From NCBI GenBank assembly GCA_963799485.1, contig CAWCXJ010000006.1, forward strand, positions 352,001 through 416,000: a DNA stretch of 64,000 bases, read 5' to 3'. Position 1 is the stretch's first letter, and each line of letters opens with the position of its first letter. Positions 61,271 to 64,000 of this stretch are shown here, one piece after another. A program made the position numbers and the translations under genes. A model generated the notes under the pieces. The model had not been told where the DNA came from. It saw nothing but the letters and a program-made list of their open reading frames with translations, and searched no databases. This DNA is from an uncultured Trueperaceae bacterium. GTDB taxonomy: Bacteria; Deinococcota; Deinococci; Deinococcales; Trueperaceae.

Positions 61271-62595
61271 GCGCCGACCTCTTTACTTGCTGCCAGCAGC
61301 GCGGACACGAGGCGCTCGAGCCGCATTCCCCTCGAGCCCTTGACGAGCAGCGTGCCGTGTTCGGGGAGTTCAACCAAAAGCTTTTCCAGGTCGAACGTGT
61401 CGAAGTAGCGTGCGGCTGGGTTTCCTTCCTTTAGCGCCAGCATCTCCGGCCCTACGGCGACAACCTTGTCGAGTCCCAGTGTCTGCTCACCGAGTTCGCT
61501 ATGAAACCGCGCCGAGTCGGGGCCGAGCTCGAGCATGTCGCCCAGGATTGCCGTGTGGGGTCTGGGAAAGTGTTTTAAGGTCTCGAGTGCTGCGGTTGCC
61601 GAGGCGGGATTGCTGTTATACGAATCGTCGAGCAGGGTCAGCGGCCCTAACCGGTGGATTTGCAGGCGTCCGGGCTCGAGTTTCGCGCGCGCTAAACGGG
61701 TTGCCGTAACCTCCAAATCGTCACCTAGATGCGCCGCCAGCGCGAGCGCGGCGAGTGCACCCGCGGCGAGCGCCGCCCCGACAAAGGGCAGCCTGACCTG
61801 AACGCCCAACGCGGTCAGCGTTTGACCTGCCGGCGAAACGTCTGAGATCGTCCCGGTAACGTCGGCGTCTTTCAGCCCGTAAGTCGTGACTTTACGGCGC
61901 TGCGAGGCGCTTAAAAAAGCTGCGGCTTGCGCGCTGACCAGCGCGTAGTCGGCGGCGTCTACCAGCTTGAGCTTTTCGCGGGCAACGCCCGCGACGCTCC
62001 CCAAACCCGCCAGATGGCTCGGCGCGATAAGCGTCAAAACGGCGTGCGTAGGTTGAGCGAGCTGCAACAGGGTGTCCATCTCACCGGGGTGATCGACGCC
62101 TAACTCGAGGACGAGCCTTGCACGTTCACCCGTCCGGCTCTTTGTAGCTGCATCTATCAAGGTCTGCGCGAGCGCGAACGGCGTGTTGAAATTGCCCGGG
62201 GTTATTCCCGCCCCCAAAGCAGCGCCTAGAAATGCCTTGCAGGTCGTTTTACCCGCCGACCCCGTAACCCCGACGACCGTACCGTAAAATGTGCGGCGGG
62301 CGTCGGCTCCGAGTGCCAGCAAAAGCCCTGCCGGGTCGGGAACCGTGACACCCCGTGGATGTGGCCTGTCCGACACAATGTAGGCCGCGCCTGCCCCTAA
62401 AGCAGCGCCCGCATAGGTAAGGCCGTGTTCCGCAGCACCGGGAAGCGCAAAAAAAGCGTCCCCGGGACGGACGCGGCGGCTGTGGAAGCTGACGCCGGTC
62501 GCGCCGGGGAGACCCGGCGCAGCCACGCCACCGCCCCGTTCGGCGAGTCTGCCGGGTTCCAGGTTGTACGGTTCTACTATTAACTCTTCCGGCAC
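61267..62595 (-). CDS. murF: UDP-N-acetylmuramoyl-tripeptide--D-alanyl-D-alanine ligase
   Basis: VTGSAGKTT, GNFN, ELGVDHPGE, DDSYNSNP, GDMLELG, KGSRG. Confidence 0.94.
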   Translation of the reverse strand: MPEELIVEPYNLEPGRLAERGGGVAAPGLPGATGVSFHSRRVRPGDAFFALPGAAEHGLTYAGAALGAGAAYIVSDRPHPRGVTVPDPAGLLLALGADARRTFYGTVVGVTGSAGKTTCKAFLGAALGAGITPGNFNTPFALAQTLIDAATKSRTGERARLVLELGVDHPGEMDTLLQLAQPTHAVLTLIAPSHLAGLGSVAGVAREKLKLVDAADYALVSAQAAAFLSASQRRKVTTYGLKDADVTGTISDVSPAGQTLTALGVQVRLPFVGAALAAGALAALALAAHLGDDLEVTATRLARAKLEPGRLQIHRLGPLTLLDDSYNSNPASATAALETLKHFPRPHTAILGDMLELGPDSARFHSELGEQTLGLDKVVAVGPEMLALKEGNPAARYFDTFDLEKLLVELPEHGTLLVKGSRGMRLERLVSALLAASKEVGA

Positions 62596-62632
62596 GTACC
62601 CCTCCAGCTCCCTCGGTTTAGCTGCCCTAGTG

Positions 62633-62656
62633 TGAGCATTATACGCATAATGCTCA
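62633..62656. promoter_or_regulatory. Perfect 10-bp inverted repeat containing TATAAT, between the PBP gene and murF
   Basis: TGAGCATTAT-acgc-ATAATGCTCA; minus strand reads TATGCGTATAATGC. Confidence 0.6.
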
Positions 62657-62672
62657 TCATACGCTGCTGAAG

Positions 62673-64000
62673 TTAGCGGCCCGCGAGCGCCGCTTCATCC
62701 CACAGTGCCACCGCCTGCGAACCGATCCGGCGAAACGCCGGGGCCGTCACCGAAACGCTCAGCGCCCCCTCTTCTTTGACGCGTTGCAGGTACATGACGC
62801 CGATGACTCTGGGGTCTTCTGCCGGAAAAATACCGGCAAACGACAAGGTTCCGGCGTCGATATATTCGCCCTTGTCGATGTCGAACAAGTCGGCGCTGCC
62901 GGACTTGCCGGCAACCTTGACACCGGGAATTTTCGCGTCTTTAAGGCCGCTGTTCTCAACCGTATAGGTAAGCATCCCCAAAACAGTGCGGGCTACGGCG
63001 GGGTCCAGCACCTGCTTTGCGGCGACTTTACCTACTTCCGATTCGACGACTTGCGGCGTCACGTAACGTCCGTCGTTGGCGAAAATGCTGTAGGCCGCCG
63101 CGAGTTGCAGCGCCGTCGCCGACATGCTCTGACCGATCACCGCCGAGGCGTGGTCTTGCGGCACCCACGTATCGGGCGGATTGATAATGCCCGGCGCGCT
63201 GCTTACAAAGCTGGTGCCGACCCTTTGCCCGAAGCCGTAACGGTAGTACCAGGCTGCGAGTTCTGCCGAAGTAAAGCGTTCGCCGAGTTCGATCATGCCG
63301 ACGTTCGACGAGTAGCGCAAGATGTCCTTAACGGCCAGGGTCGGTTCGTGCACGGTCACGTCAGTGAAGACTTTACTGCCGACGCGCCGCTGCATCTCGA
63401 CCTTGAGCACCTCGTTTGCCCGGAGTTTACGGTCTTGCAGCAAGGCCGCGACGACAAAGGGCTTCATAACCGAACCGGGTTCTACAGACGCCATCATCGG
63501 GGTGTTACCGATCACATTTCGATCGGCTCCGAGCAGCGTTCCCTGGGTGTTGGGATCGAACGTCGGATACGAGGCGCTCGCCAAGATCCGGCCCGTTTTG
63601 GCCTCGAGCATTACCACCACGCCGTTTTTTGCGCCGTGCAGTTTAGCGGCGCGCGCGAGTTCAGTCTGGGCAATGCCCTGCAAGTCGGGGTCTAGGGTCA
63701 GCGTGACATCTTGCCCGGCCTGCAGTTTCGCGTCGAGTTTACGCTCCAAGCCTTCTAACCCGTAAGTTTTATCGGGCTGCTCGGCTCCGCTAAAACCGAT
63801 TAGCTGCGCCGCTAACGTGCCTTGTGGGTAGCTCCGCGTTTCGGCGGCACCTTCGGCTAAAACCGTACCGTCGGCAGCGTAGAGGGTACCGCGCGTGGGG
63901 GCTTCCGCCAGCAGCGGCGACGGGCTAGGCAGCCGCACGCCGGCTGCGGCGAAACCGTAGAGTGCGGCGAGCAGCGGCAGGGTCAAAAACAGCACGAAGA
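62673..64000 (-). CDS. ftsI: Class B penicillin-binding protein (FtsI-like), 5' end probably outside window
   Basis: RGTLY, TLTLD, EPGSVMK (SxxK), SSN, KSG; dcw position. Confidence 0.85.
   Translation of the reverse strand, partial: FVLFLTLPLLAALYGFAAAGVRLPSPSPLLAEAPTRGTLYAADGTVLAEGAAETRSYPQGTLAAQLIGFSGAEQPDKTYGLEGLERKLDAKLQAGQDVTLTLDPDLQGIAQTELARAAKLHGAKNGVVVMLEAKTGRILASASYPTFDPNTQGTLLGADRNVIGNTPMMASVEPGSVMKPFVVAALLQDRKLRANEVLKVEMQRRVGSKVFTDVTVHEPTLAVKDILRYSSNVGMIELGERFTSAELAAWYYRYGFGQRVGTSFVSSAPGIINPPDTWVPQDHASAVIGQSMSATALQLAAAYSIFANDGRYVTPQVVESEVGKVAAKQVLDPAVARTVLGMLTYTVENSGLKDAKIPGVKVAGKSGSADLFDIDKGEYIDAGTLSFAGIFPAEDPRVIGVMYLQRVKEEGALSVSVTAPAFRRIGSQAVALWDEAALAGR

Noticed and set aside
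51450..64000. No murE or ddl in the dcw cluster
   Set aside because: Gene content of dcw clusters varies, and the cluster runs off the window

Overview
A gene-dense, GC-rich bacterial chromosome window, almost certainly Deinococcota and probably Truepera-like. This assignment is an inference from the GlnRS-YqeY fusion, class I xylose isomerase, dcw gene order and pervasive leaderless TAnnnT-N5-7-start promoters. Contents in order: 5' part of pyrD; a membrane GGDEF cyclase; a GH15 hydrolase; an AT-rich island with a PIN toxin-antitoxin pair and a DUF3800-like gene; an M20 amidohydrolase; a ProU-type osmoprotectant ABC transporter; xylA with xylFHG; a ThuA/Gfo/sugar-ABC/TIM-barrel cluster (candidate 3-ketoglycoside pathway) interrupted by a Uma2 gene; pgm; a GH13 enzyme with TetR; an XRE/DUF2306 cassette; a tRNA nucleotidyltransferase and coaE; tkt; an IS630 relic; groESL with CIRCE and HAIR-like sites; GT4 and AlgD-like genes; glnS; a sulfotransferase-like plus class IV aminotransferase pair; ribF; a Nudix hydrolase; and the dcw cluster from a truncated PBP to ftsZ. 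I saw no tRNA, rRNA or CRISPR array. The strongest unexplained signal is window-wide over-iteration of the palindrome CTCGAG (about 125 copies by manual count), reminiscent of cyanobacterial HIP1. All family assignments come from motif recognition by eye, not database searches.
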